The notes below the pieces were generated by a model. It made no database searches and was not told the origin of the DNA. It saw only the letters and a program-made list of their open reading frames with translations. Below, in pieces: positions 9,550 to 18,562 of a stretch of 64,000 nt of DNA. Location of the stretch: contig JANYDC010000015.1 in the NCBI GenBank assembly GCA_025359965.1, positions 8,885 through 72,884 of the forward strand. The letters run 5' to 3'. The position numbers and the translations under genes were made by a program. Position 1 is the first letter of the stretch. Every line of letters begins with the position of its first letter. Source of the stretch: Pedosphaera sp. (GTDB taxonomy: Bacteria; Verrucomicrobiota; Verrucomicrobiia; Limisphaerales; SXQI01).

Positions 9550-10566
9550 TCAAAGGACACGGGTAATCTCGACCGCCCATTTCTGGTTTTGGACTCCGAG
9601 GCGGCCCTCAAATTTGGGCATTTTTTGCAGTTGGATCAGCACGTTGGTTGCTGCTTCCGGATCAAGCGGGATAAAGTCACCGACTTGGATTTGTGCCAGG
9701 TTTCCGGCGGTAAATTGAACAGGCGTAAGGGAGCCTTTGACGGCGATGCGGACGCTTTCCATTTCAGGGCGCCAACTGACGCCCATGGCTGCGGCGATGC
9801 TTTTTTCGGTAACACCCTCGGGATGAAGCTGTTCGCTGATCATCTGGATGAGCGGCTCTATGGTGAGGTAGGGGAAAGCAATCTGGATTTGTTCCAGGCA
9901 ATCGCCCATGCGCGCCTCCATTGAAAGAACCAGGAGGATGGCGTCCGGGGCGGATGTTTGAAGAAAGCGGCCGTTATTTTCGTGCCCCAGAAAGACCGGG
10001 CGGAGCTCTTTCATTTTAGCCCAATGGTTGCACCACTCGCCGATGATAATTTGAATGGCTTGATCAAGAAGGGCAACTTCGATCTCGCTGAGATCACGGG
10101 AAACATTGACGGAGTGACCCGCACCGCCCATAAGCCGGTCAACGATGGTCAGGCCCAGACGGGGATTGATATCCAAGACGCAAACCCCGCGCATGGGTTC
10201 GACCTTGAACATGGTCAGGTGCGCCGGATTGGAGATGGACTCGGTAAATTTGAGGTACGGTACTGTCTGCAGTTTGGACATCTGCAACGTGAACTCCATG
10301 CGCAGATAGATTGAAAGCAGCGCAGCAAGCCGCTGAATATATTCTTCATGTTCAACACGGAGTTTCCTTAGCTCGTTGGCGGAAAGAAAAACAGGATGGC
10401 GAAAGTCGTAAGTCTGGATCGAGTCGCGAGTCTGGTTTTTGCGTTCACCCTGCTCGTTGTGAACGACTGACTGCGATTCCTGCTCCGTCACCTGAGCCAG
10501 CAGCCGCTCCACCTCTGATTGGGAGAGCACTTCCTGGGCCTGTTCCATCGGATCGTTTTCAGCCAT
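9550..10566 (-). CDS. fliM: Flagellar motor switch protein FliM
   Basis: N-terminal LSQSEVERLL CheY-binding-like motif, YDFRHP, and a C-terminal SpoA-like domain. Position is between fliL and fliN. Confidence 0.93.
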   Translation of the reverse strand: MAENDPMEQAQEVLSQSEVERLLAQVTEQESQSVVHNEQGERKNQTRDSIQTYDFRHPVFLSANELRKLRVEHEEYIQRLAALLSIYLRMEFTLQMSKLQTVPYLKFTESISNPAHLTMFKVEPMRGVCVLDINPRLGLTIVDRLMGGAGHSVNVSRDLSEIEVALLDQAIQIIIGEWCNHWAKMKELRPVFLGHENNGRFLQTSAPDAILLVLSMEARMGDCLEQIQIAFPYLTIEPLIQMISEQLHPEGVTEKSIAAAMGVSWRPEMESVRIAVKGSLTPVQFTAGNLAQIQVGDFIPLDPEAATNVLIQLQKMPKFEGRLGVQNQKWAVEITRVL

Positions 10567-10578
10567 GAGTTGAGGCGG

Positions 10579-11202
10579 TTATTGGATCGCGAAGTCCGTG
10601 AGGTATATTTCTGAGACCGTTCCCTTGCCCATGACACCGTTGAACAAAGCCACCAACTCGGCCCTTAGGGTGTTGCGAAAGCCGGGTTTTTCCATTTCGG
10701 AAATTGTCTTGGTGGCCATGGCGCTGCATGCAGTATCGCGGAGTTGCGGTTCGTTCTTATCAAAGCGTTCCTTGAGCGAGGGGCTTCCGGTCAGCGACAG
10801 TGTGGCCACGATGTAGCGGGTGCCCAATGTTCCGGCCACATTGACAACTAGCTTGCTCATCACGACGGACGCCCCGCCTGGTTTGCCGTGGCCTCCCTCC
10901 TCTTTGGGCTTTTCTTCCTTCGCGCCGTGAGCCGACTCCTCGGTTTTGGCCGATTCGCCCTCTTTGGCGGCCTCGCCGTGTTCGGCGCTTGCCTCGGCTT
11001 TGGCGGGACCCATGGACTGGCGCAGGGAGGGTGCGAGGAATTTGGTGGTCATCACCCATGCGATGACCGGCATGAGGACGATGTTGAGAATGAGCGGAAG
11101 AAATGCTTTGATGCCTCCTCCGCCGGCTGCCGCAGCGGGAGCGGCCCCTTCCTTTTTCTCCGCGCCTTCGGCCGGTTTTGCTTCTGTGCGTGGGGCTGAC
11201 AT
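10579..11202 (-). CDS. fliL: Flagellar basal-body-associated protein FliL (with a charged low-complexity insert)
   Basis: One TM helix (LPLILNIVLMPVIAWVM) and a C-terminal FliL core (LVVNVAGTLGTRYIVATLSL...EIYLTDFAIQ). About 60 aa of A/E/K/G-rich linker separate them. Confidence 0.85.
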   Translation of the reverse strand: MSAPRTEAKPAEGAEKKEGAAPAAAAGGGGIKAFLPLILNIVLMPVIAWVMTTKFLAPSLRQSMGPAKAEASAEHGEAAKEGESAKTEESAHGAKEEKPKEEGGHGKPGGASVVMSKLVVNVAGTLGTRYIVATLSLTGSPSLKERFDKNEPQLRDTACSAMATKTISEMEKPGFRNTLRAELVALFNGVMGKGTVSEIYLTDFAIQ

Positions 11203-11208
11203 GGTTGA

Positions 11209-12027
11209 TTAGCGCTTGAGGTTGACCACTTCTTCAAGCATTTGATCGCTCGTTGTGATCACCCGCGCGTTGGCTTGGAATCCGCGCTGGGCAGTGATCA
11301 TATTAACAAATTCGTTGGTGAGTTCGACGTTGGAGCCTTCCTTCTGGCCGGACATGACGCGTCCGAGGGACCCGGTTTCAGGTGCGCCTAGGGAAGCCAG
11401 GCCGACCGCAGCCTCCACGTTCGAGTAAAGGTTGCCGCCTTCGCGCTCGAGTTTCTGGGGGTTTTGAAAAGTGTTGAGGAGGACTTGGCCTCGTTTTTCG
11501 ATGGTGCCGTCCTTCAGGTGGATATTGATCACGCCGTTTGGGTCGATTTTGAAGGAGGTCATGTTGGTGAGATCACCCAGATCGATGTCGCCAGGTGTGG
11601 ATGTCCCATCTGCGGCAAGAGTGGCGCCTTGGACGTTGAACCCTTGGGCATTGGTGAGTTTGTGGCTGGCAGGGTCGATGTGGAAACCGCCATCGCGGGT
11701 GGCGAACATTTTGTCGTTGGCGTTTTTGACCATGAAGAAACCTTCGCCGTTGACCGCCAAATCCGATTCGTTGCCGGTGGCAGTGGTGGTGCCTCCCAAA
11801 GAATGGGAGGTGGTGATGCCGGCAGTGGTCACACCTGTGCCAATTTGAGTTTGGCCGGTTTCCGCCGATCCTCCCTGAATATTGCGGCTAAAAGTGTCAG
11901 CGAAGCTAATGCGGGTGGCTTTGTACCCATCCGTGTTGGAGTTCGCGATGTTATTGCCGATGTTGTCCATCGAGTATTGAAACTGACGGAGACCGGTGAC
12001 CGCTGAGCTAAGAGCAGGACTAAGCAT
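11209..12027 (-). CDS. flgE: Flagellar hook protein FlgE (short, 272 aa)
   Basis: Rod/hook family N-terminus (NIGNNIANSNTDGYK) and C-terminus (LTNEFVNMITAQRGFQANARVITTSDQMLEEVVNLKR). Its position directly after flgD supports hook over distal rod. Confidence 0.8.
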   Translation of the reverse strand: MLSPALSSAVTGLRQFQYSMDNIGNNIANSNTDGYKATRISFADTFSRNIQGGSAETGQTQIGTGVTTAGITTSHSLGGTTTATGNESDLAVNGEGFFMVKNANDKMFATRDGGFHIDPASHKLTNAQGFNVQGATLAADGTSTPGDIDLGDLTNMTSFKIDPNGVINIHLKDGTIEKRGQVLLNTFQNPQKLEREGGNLYSNVEAAVGLASLGAPETGSLGRVMSGQKEGSNVELTNEFVNMITAQRGFQANARVITTSDQMLEEVVNLKR

Positions 12028-12448
12028 TGGTAGGGGTAAGGTTGACGGTTGGGGTTGGAAGGATGCGTGTGACTTTAGAGAAATCGTAAGATTGATCGCC
12101 CACTTTGATTTGGGGCTGGCCGTCCTTAAATGTGACTTCGTTAACGACCCCGGTCAAGGTCTGGCTGGAGTTGCCGGGATTCAGTTCGACAGTGCGACCG
12201 ATCATTTCATTGGCCCGCAGCACCGCCATATCCTGCTGGCTGGCCTTGCTCTGCTCCAGGGAGGTGAACTGAGCCATCTGGCCAATGAAATCGGTGTCGC
12301 TTTTAGGGTTGGTAGGGTCTTGGGCACTGATTTGGGCCACCAAAATTTTAAGGAAATCCTCCTGCCCCAGAGTCTTGTTGGTGCTGCGGGAAGTTGCAAC
12401 AGGGGTGAAGGCTGAGGACGCGGATGAAACGGAATCGACGGGGGGCAT
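12020..12448 (-). CDS. flgD: Flagellar hook assembly/capping protein FlgD
   Basis: LGQEDFLKILVAQISAQDPTNPKSDTDFIGQMAQFTSLEQ is the FlgD N-terminal signature. 8-nt overlap with flgE. Confidence 0.9.
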   Translation of the reverse strand: MPPVDSVSSASSAFTPVATSRSTNKTLGQEDFLKILVAQISAQDPTNPKSDTDFIGQMAQFTSLEQSKASQQDMAVLRANEMIGRTVELNPGNSSQTLTGVVNEVTFKDGQPQIKVGDQSYDFSKVTRILPTPTVNLTPTNA

Positions 12449-12484
12449 ATTTTTGATCTCCTACAGTGGTTGAAAAATCTGGGA

Positions 12485-14455
12485 TCAGGCCCATTTCTGC
12501 CATGCGGTGTCCAAGTGGTTCTTGCCACGCACATTGTGGGTCGCCGTGGAATCCATGATCGATCGAACTTTTTCGGGCATCGGCTTCGGGTTGATAAAGT
12601 TTGGGTTCATGGCGTTGCGGCGGTCTTCGCGTTGAGGATTTTGTTGGCCGAATCCCTGGCTGACTGCTGGTTTTGAATCATCCGATTGGGAGTTCCGCGA
12701 GGCTGGAAGCAACGGTTCCAGTTTGACTCCTTGTGCAGCCATGGACCTCTGGAGATCGCCCCATTGTGCGTTTAATCCGTCAAAATCACCGCGCTCGCAG
12801 CGAATGTGTGCGTGAACCTCTCCGTTGGTGTTGGTCATTTGGACAACAATTTCGGTGCCCGAATCAGGCCGGAGAACCACGGAGAGCATATCCGGTTGTA
12901 CGCGGCGCATGATGACTACTTCCGCCCGGATGGAGCTAAACAACTGCTCAATTTTTGCGCTGCGCTCCACGGCGTTGTCGGCGCGCACTTTGTGAGTTGC
13001 GGCGATTAATTCAACAGGGGAAGTCGGGCGAATGAGAGTTGCAGGGCCGGTGAAAGCATCCAATGCTTCTTTGGGCACGGAGGAGTCATGTTCGCGGCTC
13101 GGCACTTTTTGCACCGTGACACTGGCATTTTCAACCGGTTCTGGACTCGTTTTCATCTGATAAGCTTGTTTAGCAGCGAGTGTGCCACGCAAATCGGTCC
13201 ATGCCTCGGGCACCTTGTCCAACTGCTGGGGGAGCACCGGAAGAGTGGCCTCATCTATTGCCAGTGGAACCCGCTCCAAGCCTTTGGTAGCAGTGGTTTC
13301 GGAGGTTGTGCTCTGCGTCGCCGAAGCCTGCATGGGGCGTACGCGGGAATCTTTGGATGATTTAATTTCGAGGCGGAAAATGGGGTTCTCAGTCAGCGCC
13401 GTGCCTGCCACTTGTTGCCGGGCGGGATCTGTCAGCTGGGTTGATTTTGACGTGGCGGAAGGGGCGGTTCCGGATTGGGACGGATCAACTTGAGCAAATG
13501 GGATTAGTTCGCCAACCGGGCGCAAGTAGGGCTTCTCAATTCCTGCTGTGAAATCCACTTCAATGGCGGGCCGAAATGCCAGAGTGTTTTCATTGGGTGG
13601 GATTGTTTGTCCTTGCCTGACTGGACGTTGCACGGAGCTAATTAATGTGTCTGGATCCGGCGACACAACATTTGTCAGCCAACTCGGCTTGAGATCGATC
13701 TGATTGGGGCTTGGTTTGGCGGAGGTTGACTGGGCTTGCGTCTGTGCATTTAAATTGGAGGAGGGGAGATGCGGAACGGTGGAATCGTCTGCGTCGAGAG
13801 CGGTGTCGGGAACCGTTGGCAGGGTGGTAAATGGAATTGTTGAGGACCGTTGCTGGCGAACCACCTGCTGGTCGTTTGCCTCAGGGCTCGCCAGAGGGAC
13901 TCTGGATTCTTCCGAGGCAGGCAGGAATTCGGTTGTTGAGTTTGGGCTGATGATGGGACTGCCCATTCGGGTTTGTGGATTTGGCTGGGTGCCTGGGAAT
14001 GCTGTGGTGTCTGCCGCGAGTGGTTGTGTCGAGGATGTTGAAGAGCCGCTGCTTTTAGGATTCAGGGTTGGCGCTGGCAGGACGGGGAAGTGGGTTGGCA
14101 CCACCAGCCATGCCGACGGAAATTGCAAGATTGGAGAGAGGGGAGGTTCCGTTCGATGAAGCTTTGTGTCGGGCTCGTCATTGGGGGTACCCGACGCTTG
14201 ATTGCCACTGGCTGTTCCGGATGTGGATTTCTTTTTTGGTTCAGGGCGTATCATCTCGCCCTGTTCGTTGGCAGCTGTGGAGAATGCGCCTTTTAGCGGA
14301 GCAGTGATGTTTGAGCACCCACCGAGCATGTCGGCAAAGGTTTGCCCCGCCGAGTCGCCTTCCTTTTGGAAATCGGCCTCCGACGGGCGAATCGGCTCCG
14401 CACCGACTGCATTGGCGGGCTGTGCGAACGGGGAAAGCAAAGACGATGTGTTCAT
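12485..14455 (-). CDS. fliK: Flagellar hook-length control protein FliK (656 aa, S/T/P/Q-rich)
   Basis: The C-terminal block LSVVLRPDSGTEIVVQMTNTNGEVHAHIRCERGDFDGLNAQWGDLQRSMAAQGVKLE matches the Flg_hook domain. A long low-complexity ruler region precedes it. Position is upstream of flgD. Confidence 0.8.
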   Translation of the reverse strand: MNTSSLLSPFAQPANAVGAEPIRPSEADFQKEGDSAGQTFADMLGGCSNITAPLKGAFSTAANEQGEMIRPEPKKKSTSGTASGNQASGTPNDEPDTKLHRTEPPLSPILQFPSAWLVVPTHFPVLPAPTLNPKSSGSSTSSTQPLAADTTAFPGTQPNPQTRMGSPIISPNSTTEFLPASEESRVPLASPEANDQQVVRQQRSSTIPFTTLPTVPDTALDADDSTVPHLPSSNLNAQTQAQSTSAKPSPNQIDLKPSWLTNVVSPDPDTLISSVQRPVRQGQTIPPNENTLAFRPAIEVDFTAGIEKPYLRPVGELIPFAQVDPSQSGTAPSATSKSTQLTDPARQQVAGTALTENPIFRLEIKSSKDSRVRPMQASATQSTTSETTATKGLERVPLAIDEATLPVLPQQLDKVPEAWTDLRGTLAAKQAYQMKTSPEPVENASVTVQKVPSREHDSSVPKEALDAFTGPATLIRPTSPVELIAATHKVRADNAVERSAKIEQLFSSIRAEVVIMRRVQPDMLSVVLRPDSGTEIVVQMTNTNGEVHAHIRCERGDFDGLNAQWGDLQRSMAAQGVKLEPLLPASRNSQSDDSKPAVSQGFGQQNPQREDRRNAMNPNFINPKPMPEKVRSIMDSTATHNVRGKNHLDTAWQKWA

Positions 14456-15075
14456 TTTGTGGGTGGAGTGTTGTTGGGATTTATGGAGAGCCTGAGCCGC
14501 TCTGAGATGGATGCCACTCGCTTGGCTTCCGATTCGCCCTCCTTGGCCAGGCGGTCCAATATTGCCGAGACTTGGGAGTCTTTCATGAACATGAGGACTT
14601 TTACGAGTGAGGTTTCCTCCAATTGTTTGAAGACCTGAGCAGCCGACTCGGGTGTCATGAGTGAATACGTTTTTGCCAGTCGTTTTAAGTTTGCGGTCTC
14701 CTCTTCGCCGACTTTGGTGATGGCCGCCTCAAATTCTTTTTGCATGCGCCCGACAGCCTGGGTCATCTGATTCATTTCCTGACGATCCGACTGAAGTCGC
14801 GCCTCCAAATCCTGAAGTTGTTTGGCGCGGATTTTGAGTGTCTCCTTTTCCAATCGAAGCTCTTTGATCATCTGATCCACATCCGTGCTATTTGCCGTCC
14901 ATGCCGGCATGGTGCCATGGCCGGAATCCGCCTCTTCAGCATGGGGTTCCTCACTTGTTTCGACACTCGTGGAAGCGTTCTTTTTCACGGCGGCCTTCAT
15001 CGTTACGGCTGTGATGAGCAGGTACAAAATCATCCCAATGATCGAGGCCACCCAGGGGGATTTGATTAGTTTCAT
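14452..15075 (-). CDS. MotE / YlxF-like flagellar protein (TM anchor, coiled coil, MgtE-N-like helical domain)
   Basis: N-terminal TM helix and a K/E/Q-rich coiled coil, then LMTPESAAQVFKQLEETSLVKVLMFMKDSQVSAILDRL, which resembles the MgtE-N/MotE fold. It occupies the ylxF slot between fliJ and fliK. Confidence 0.6.
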   Translation of the reverse strand: MKLIKSPWVASIIGMILYLLITAVTMKAAVKKNASTSVETSEEPHAEEADSGHGTMPAWTANSTDVDQMIKELRLEKETLKIRAKQLQDLEARLQSDRQEMNQMTQAVGRMQKEFEAAITKVGEEETANLKRLAKTYSLMTPESAAQVFKQLEETSLVKVLMFMKDSQVSAILDRLAKEGESEAKRVASISERLRLSINPNNTPPTK

Positions 15076-15542
15076 AAATTATACAGGAATGCCCGCGCAT
15101 CGTTTGCGGCACGAGCTGACGCGATTTCATCCAACTGGCGCACTTCCAGCCGGTTTGCCTCGGCCTGGTAATCCGTCCATTTTTGTTCCTTCAACTTTTC
15201 CAGGCCTTCCAGCTTTTGTCGGGTGGACTGCCATTTTTGCTGGGCCGACTGGACCTTGCCCTCGGCCATGCGGAGTTCGTGGAGGAGGTGGTCGCGTTGC
15301 GTTTGCAGCACGGCCCATCCCACCTGCCACTGGCGAAGAGCGGACCCTTCGAGGCCAGAGGTCATTCGTTCATTCCAATCCAGGCGGGCGGTCGTCAAAC
15401 GCAATTCCGCATTTCTGGAGGCGTCCTGCGCATTGTCGCGCGTGCGACAGGCCATCCCATACGCGGCGCGGGCCTCTTTCTCCTCCCGTTCGCGCAAGGA
15501 GCGGACCGACTCCAGTTCAAAGGCAAATCGTTTCATGACCAA
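15072..15542 (-). CDS. fliJ: Flagellar export chaperone FliJ
   Basis: 156-aa all-helical, R/E/Q/L-rich coiled-coil protein directly after fliI. Overlaps on both sides (10 nt with fliI, 4 nt with the next gene). Confidence 0.7.
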   Translation of the reverse strand: MVMKRFAFELESVRSLREREEKEARAAYGMACRTRDNAQDASRNAELRLTTARLDWNERMTSGLEGSALRQWQVGWAVLQTQRDHLLHELRMAEGKVQSAQQKWQSTRQKLEGLEKLKEQKWTDYQAEANRLEVRQLDEIASARAANDARAFLYNL

Positions 15543-16903
15543 CCTCCTCCGCGCCTGAGTGTGTCCTCAAGGGATTTCCATGCCTGAGGAGCGCTCACAG
15601 GCTCGTCTACTCCCTGCCTCAAGAATGCTTTAAGTGGTTCTTGCAGGCGAATGGCTGTATCGATTTCTGAATTGCTGCCGGTGGTGTATGCGCCGATATT
15701 GATGAGATCCTGATTCTTTCGGTAGATGGCCAGCAATTCCCTTGCGCGGGCTGACATGCGGCGCTGGGTGTCATTGGTTAATTCGCGCCCAAGCCGGCTT
15801 ACGCTGGCGAGGACATCCACCGCCGGGTACTGGTTGAGGGCCGCCAAATCGCGGCTGAGCACCACATGGCCGTCGAGAATGGATCGCACCGCATCGGCGA
15901 TGGGATCATTCATGTCATCGCCCTCCACCAGCACGGTAAAGAGGCCGGTGATCGAACCACTTTCGGCAGTGCCCGCGCGCTCGAGAAGTTGAGGTAAAAG
16001 TGCGAACACCGAGGGCGTGTATCCACGTGTTGCCGGTGGTTCGCCCACAGCGAGGCCGATCTCCCGCTGGGCCATGGCAAAACGGGTCACTGAATCCATC
16101 ATGAGTAAAACGTCCTTGCCGGCGTTGCGAAATTGTTCGGCGATGGCCATGGCGACGAATGCGCCTTTCAAGCGAACAAGCGGCGGTTCATTGGAGGTGG
16201 CCACCACCACGACTGATTTGGCCCTGCCTGCGGCATCCAAATCCTTTTCGATAAACTCGCGCACTTCGCGACCGCGCTCGCCAATCAGTGCGATCACGTT
16301 CACGTCGGCCTCGGCATGGCCTGCCATCATGCCCAGCAGGGTGGATTTACCCACGCCGCTTCCCGCAAAGATGCCCAGTCGCTGTCCGCGTCCGCAAGGG
16401 ATGAAAGTGTCGAGGCATTTGATGCCGGTAGCCAATGGCGTGCGGATGGGCGCACGTTGCAAAGGGTGGGGGGGCATGAGATGGATCGAGGCTCTCGGGC
16501 AATTCTCAAGGCTCGCTCCACCATCCAACGGGCGTCCCAAACCATCCAGTACCCTGCCTAAAAGCGCGTCCCCCACAGGAACTTCAATGGGTCTGCCCGC
16601 TGCAATAACCTCGCTGCCTGGGTGGATGCCGTTCATTCCCCCTAAAGGCATAAGCAGGACGCGGTTTTGGCGGAAACCAACGACTTCCGCGTAGGTGGTT
16701 TGATCGTGGCGCGCTGAATCAATCCGGCAAAGATCGCCGACTGCGGCGAGAGGGCCTTCGGATTCGATGACGAGGCCGATGACCTGCACCACCCGCCCCC
16801 GGCTCTCCACGGTCCGGGTTTCCAGGACGCGCTGGGTCAAACGCCCGATGCGTTCGGCGCGGGATTCTCCGGCGCGAGCGGCGGCAAAAGGTTGAGCCAT
16901 CAT
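15533..16903 (-). CDS. fliI: Flagellum-specific ATPase FliI
   Basis: F1/T3SS ATPase family. Walker A GSGVGKST, Walker B VLLMMDSVTRFA, and C-terminal ...YPAVDVLASVSR. Confidence 0.96.
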   Translation of the reverse strand: MMAQPFAAARAGESRAERIGRLTQRVLETRTVESRGRVVQVIGLVIESEGPLAAVGDLCRIDSARHDQTTYAEVVGFRQNRVLLMPLGGMNGIHPGSEVIAAGRPIEVPVGDALLGRVLDGLGRPLDGGASLENCPRASIHLMPPHPLQRAPIRTPLATGIKCLDTFIPCGRGQRLGIFAGSGVGKSTLLGMMAGHAEADVNVIALIGERGREVREFIEKDLDAAGRAKSVVVVATSNEPPLVRLKGAFVAMAIAEQFRNAGKDVLLMMDSVTRFAMAQREIGLAVGEPPATRGYTPSVFALLPQLLERAGTAESGSITGLFTVLVEGDDMNDPIADAVRSILDGHVVLSRDLAALNQYPAVDVLASVSRLGRELTNDTQRRMSARARELLAIYRKNQDLINIGAYTTGSNSEIDTAIRLQEPLKAFLRQGVDEPVSAPQAWKSLEDTLRRGGGWS

Positions 16904-17493
16904 GCCGCATCCCCCAGCAGGCCCTGGCGCAGCAGTTGCACCTGGGTTTCACGCCGCGCATCGATGATGCCAAATGGAGTCTTCACCAGGCACCCGCCCC
17001 TGGGTATTTCCTCGCCTGCCTCAAAATGAATGACTTGGTTTACACCGGCCTCGATACCTGTGCCCTCGCCAGCGGATTCGAGCAGGCGTAAATCATGAGG
17101 ATTGAGGACGACTCTCATTTCGTGGGCTTCGGTGGCGGTGGCGATGGCTTCGCGCACCATGTGCCGCACGACATCGGCGTCTATGGCGGCGCTGCCTACG
17201 AGCCGGATGGCGACGGCCAGCGCCATTTTGACCAACTCCTCCTCCACGGCCAGAGCCACTTCAGGAACGGCCCTTCGGAGTGATTGCAGAACTCCGTTTT
17301 GAAGTTCCATTAAATCCACGCGCTGCTGGGTGAGTTGTCCGCTGAGGGCGCGCTGTCCGTCGATCACACCTAGTTCGTAAGCGGAGCGCTCACGTGTTGC
17401 AAAACGCCTCTCACACTCAACCGGGTAGGTTGGCGAGGAGAGTTCCGCCCCTTTCAAGGGACGGGACAGACGCACTGGATCAGGCTGGTACAC
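16900..17493 (-). CDS. fliH: Flagellar assembly protein FliH
   Basis: Position between fliG and fliI. C-terminal ...VVLNPHDLRLLE...GGCLVKTPFGIIDARRETQ is FliH/YscL-like. Confidence 0.72.
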   Translation of the reverse strand: MYQPDPVRLSRPLKGAELSSPTYPVECERRFATRERSAYELGVIDGQRALSGQLTQQRVDLMELQNGVLQSLRRAVPEVALAVEEELVKMALAVAIRLVGSAAIDADVVRHMVREAIATATEAHEMRVVLNPHDLRLLESAGEGTGIEAGVNQVIHFEAGEEIPRGGCLVKTPFGIIDARRETQVQLLRQGLLGDAA

Positions 17494-18529
17494 CCTCGCC
17501 CTTCTCTTTGCCGTCGCCCAATTCGATTTCGCCCTCGCTTTCCAGACGGCGCACTACTTCGATGATCTTGGATTGAGAGGCCTCGATGTCGCGCAATTTC
17601 AGCGGTCCCATGAAGCTCATTTCCTCTGCAACCGTTTCCGCCGCGCGTTTGGAGATGGTGGCCAGGAGGGTGGCTTTGAGAGTCTCGCTCGCCGTTTTGA
17701 GGGACACGGCCAGGTCGCGCATGTCCACCTCGCGCATGATTTTTTGCAGGCTGGGGAGGTCGAGAGCGTTGAGATCCTCGAAAGTGAACATTTTTTGGCG
17801 GATTTGCTGGCCCAAATCCGGGTTGCGCTCTTCGATGCTGATCAGAAGGGTCTTGCTCAAATTCTTTTCGAGAGCATTCAAAAGGTCAGCCGCTGCTTTG
17901 ACACCGCCCGTTTGGTTTAGGGCGCGTGTTTGTTTGCCGCCGAGTTTTTGGTTGATCACCTCAACGATTTTTTCAACCACTTCCACCGGGGTCTGAGACA
18001 TGGTGGCGAGCCTTTCGATGACTTGATCCCTCAGGTCGCCGCGAAGAAGCGAGAATACCTGCGATGATTTTTCGGAGGGCAGATAGCTAATAATCAGGGC
18101 GATTGTTTGGGGCTGTTCCTGCTTGATGAGATTGAAGATTTCACGAGCATCAAGATCCACGATTTGTTGCATGGCGGCGAGAGGCGCACGGCCCGGCGAG
18201 ACGCGGCTGATAATGTTGGCCGCGCGAAAAAGACCGAGCCCTTTTTCGAGCGCGCTTTGGGTGAAATCTATGCCGCCCCGAATCGCAGTGCCGGCCTGTA
18301 CGGCCACATCGGTGAACTCGGAGAGGATGTCGATCTGCATTTCCTGGCTAACCATGGAGACCTTGGTCATTTCTCCGCAGACGGACTCAAGGTCGGACTC
18401 ATCAAGATTGCGCAAAACCTGGGAGGCGCTTTCGGCTCCGAGTATGATGAGCAGCACCGCGAGTTTTTGCGGTTTGGTCATCTTGGCGACCTCGCTGGGG
18501 AATGAATTGTCTTTTTCAGCGGCAGCCAT
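17480..18529 (-). CDS. fliG: Flagellar motor switch protein FliG
   Basis: MTKPQKLAVLLIILGAESASQVL..., the middle EHPQ-like region (EQPQTIALIISYL), and the C-terminal torque helix region ...REVDMRDLAVSLKTASETLK. Confidence 0.95.
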   Translation of the reverse strand: MAAAEKDNSFPSEVAKMTKPQKLAVLLIILGAESASQVLRNLDESDLESVCGEMTKVSMVSQEMQIDILSEFTDVAVQAGTAIRGGIDFTQSALEKGLGLFRAANIISRVSPGRAPLAAMQQIVDLDAREIFNLIKQEQPQTIALIISYLPSEKSSQVFSLLRGDLRDQVIERLATMSQTPVEVVEKIVEVINQKLGGKQTRALNQTGGVKAAADLLNALEKNLSKTLLISIEERNPDLGQQIRQKMFTFEDLNALDLPSLQKIMREVDMRDLAVSLKTASETLKATLLATISKRAAETVAEEMSFMGPLKLRDIEASQSKIIEVVRRLESEGEIELGDGKEKGEGVPA

Positions 18530-18562
18530 GTTGAGTCGTCCAATCGGTTGTTTTGCTCATAC

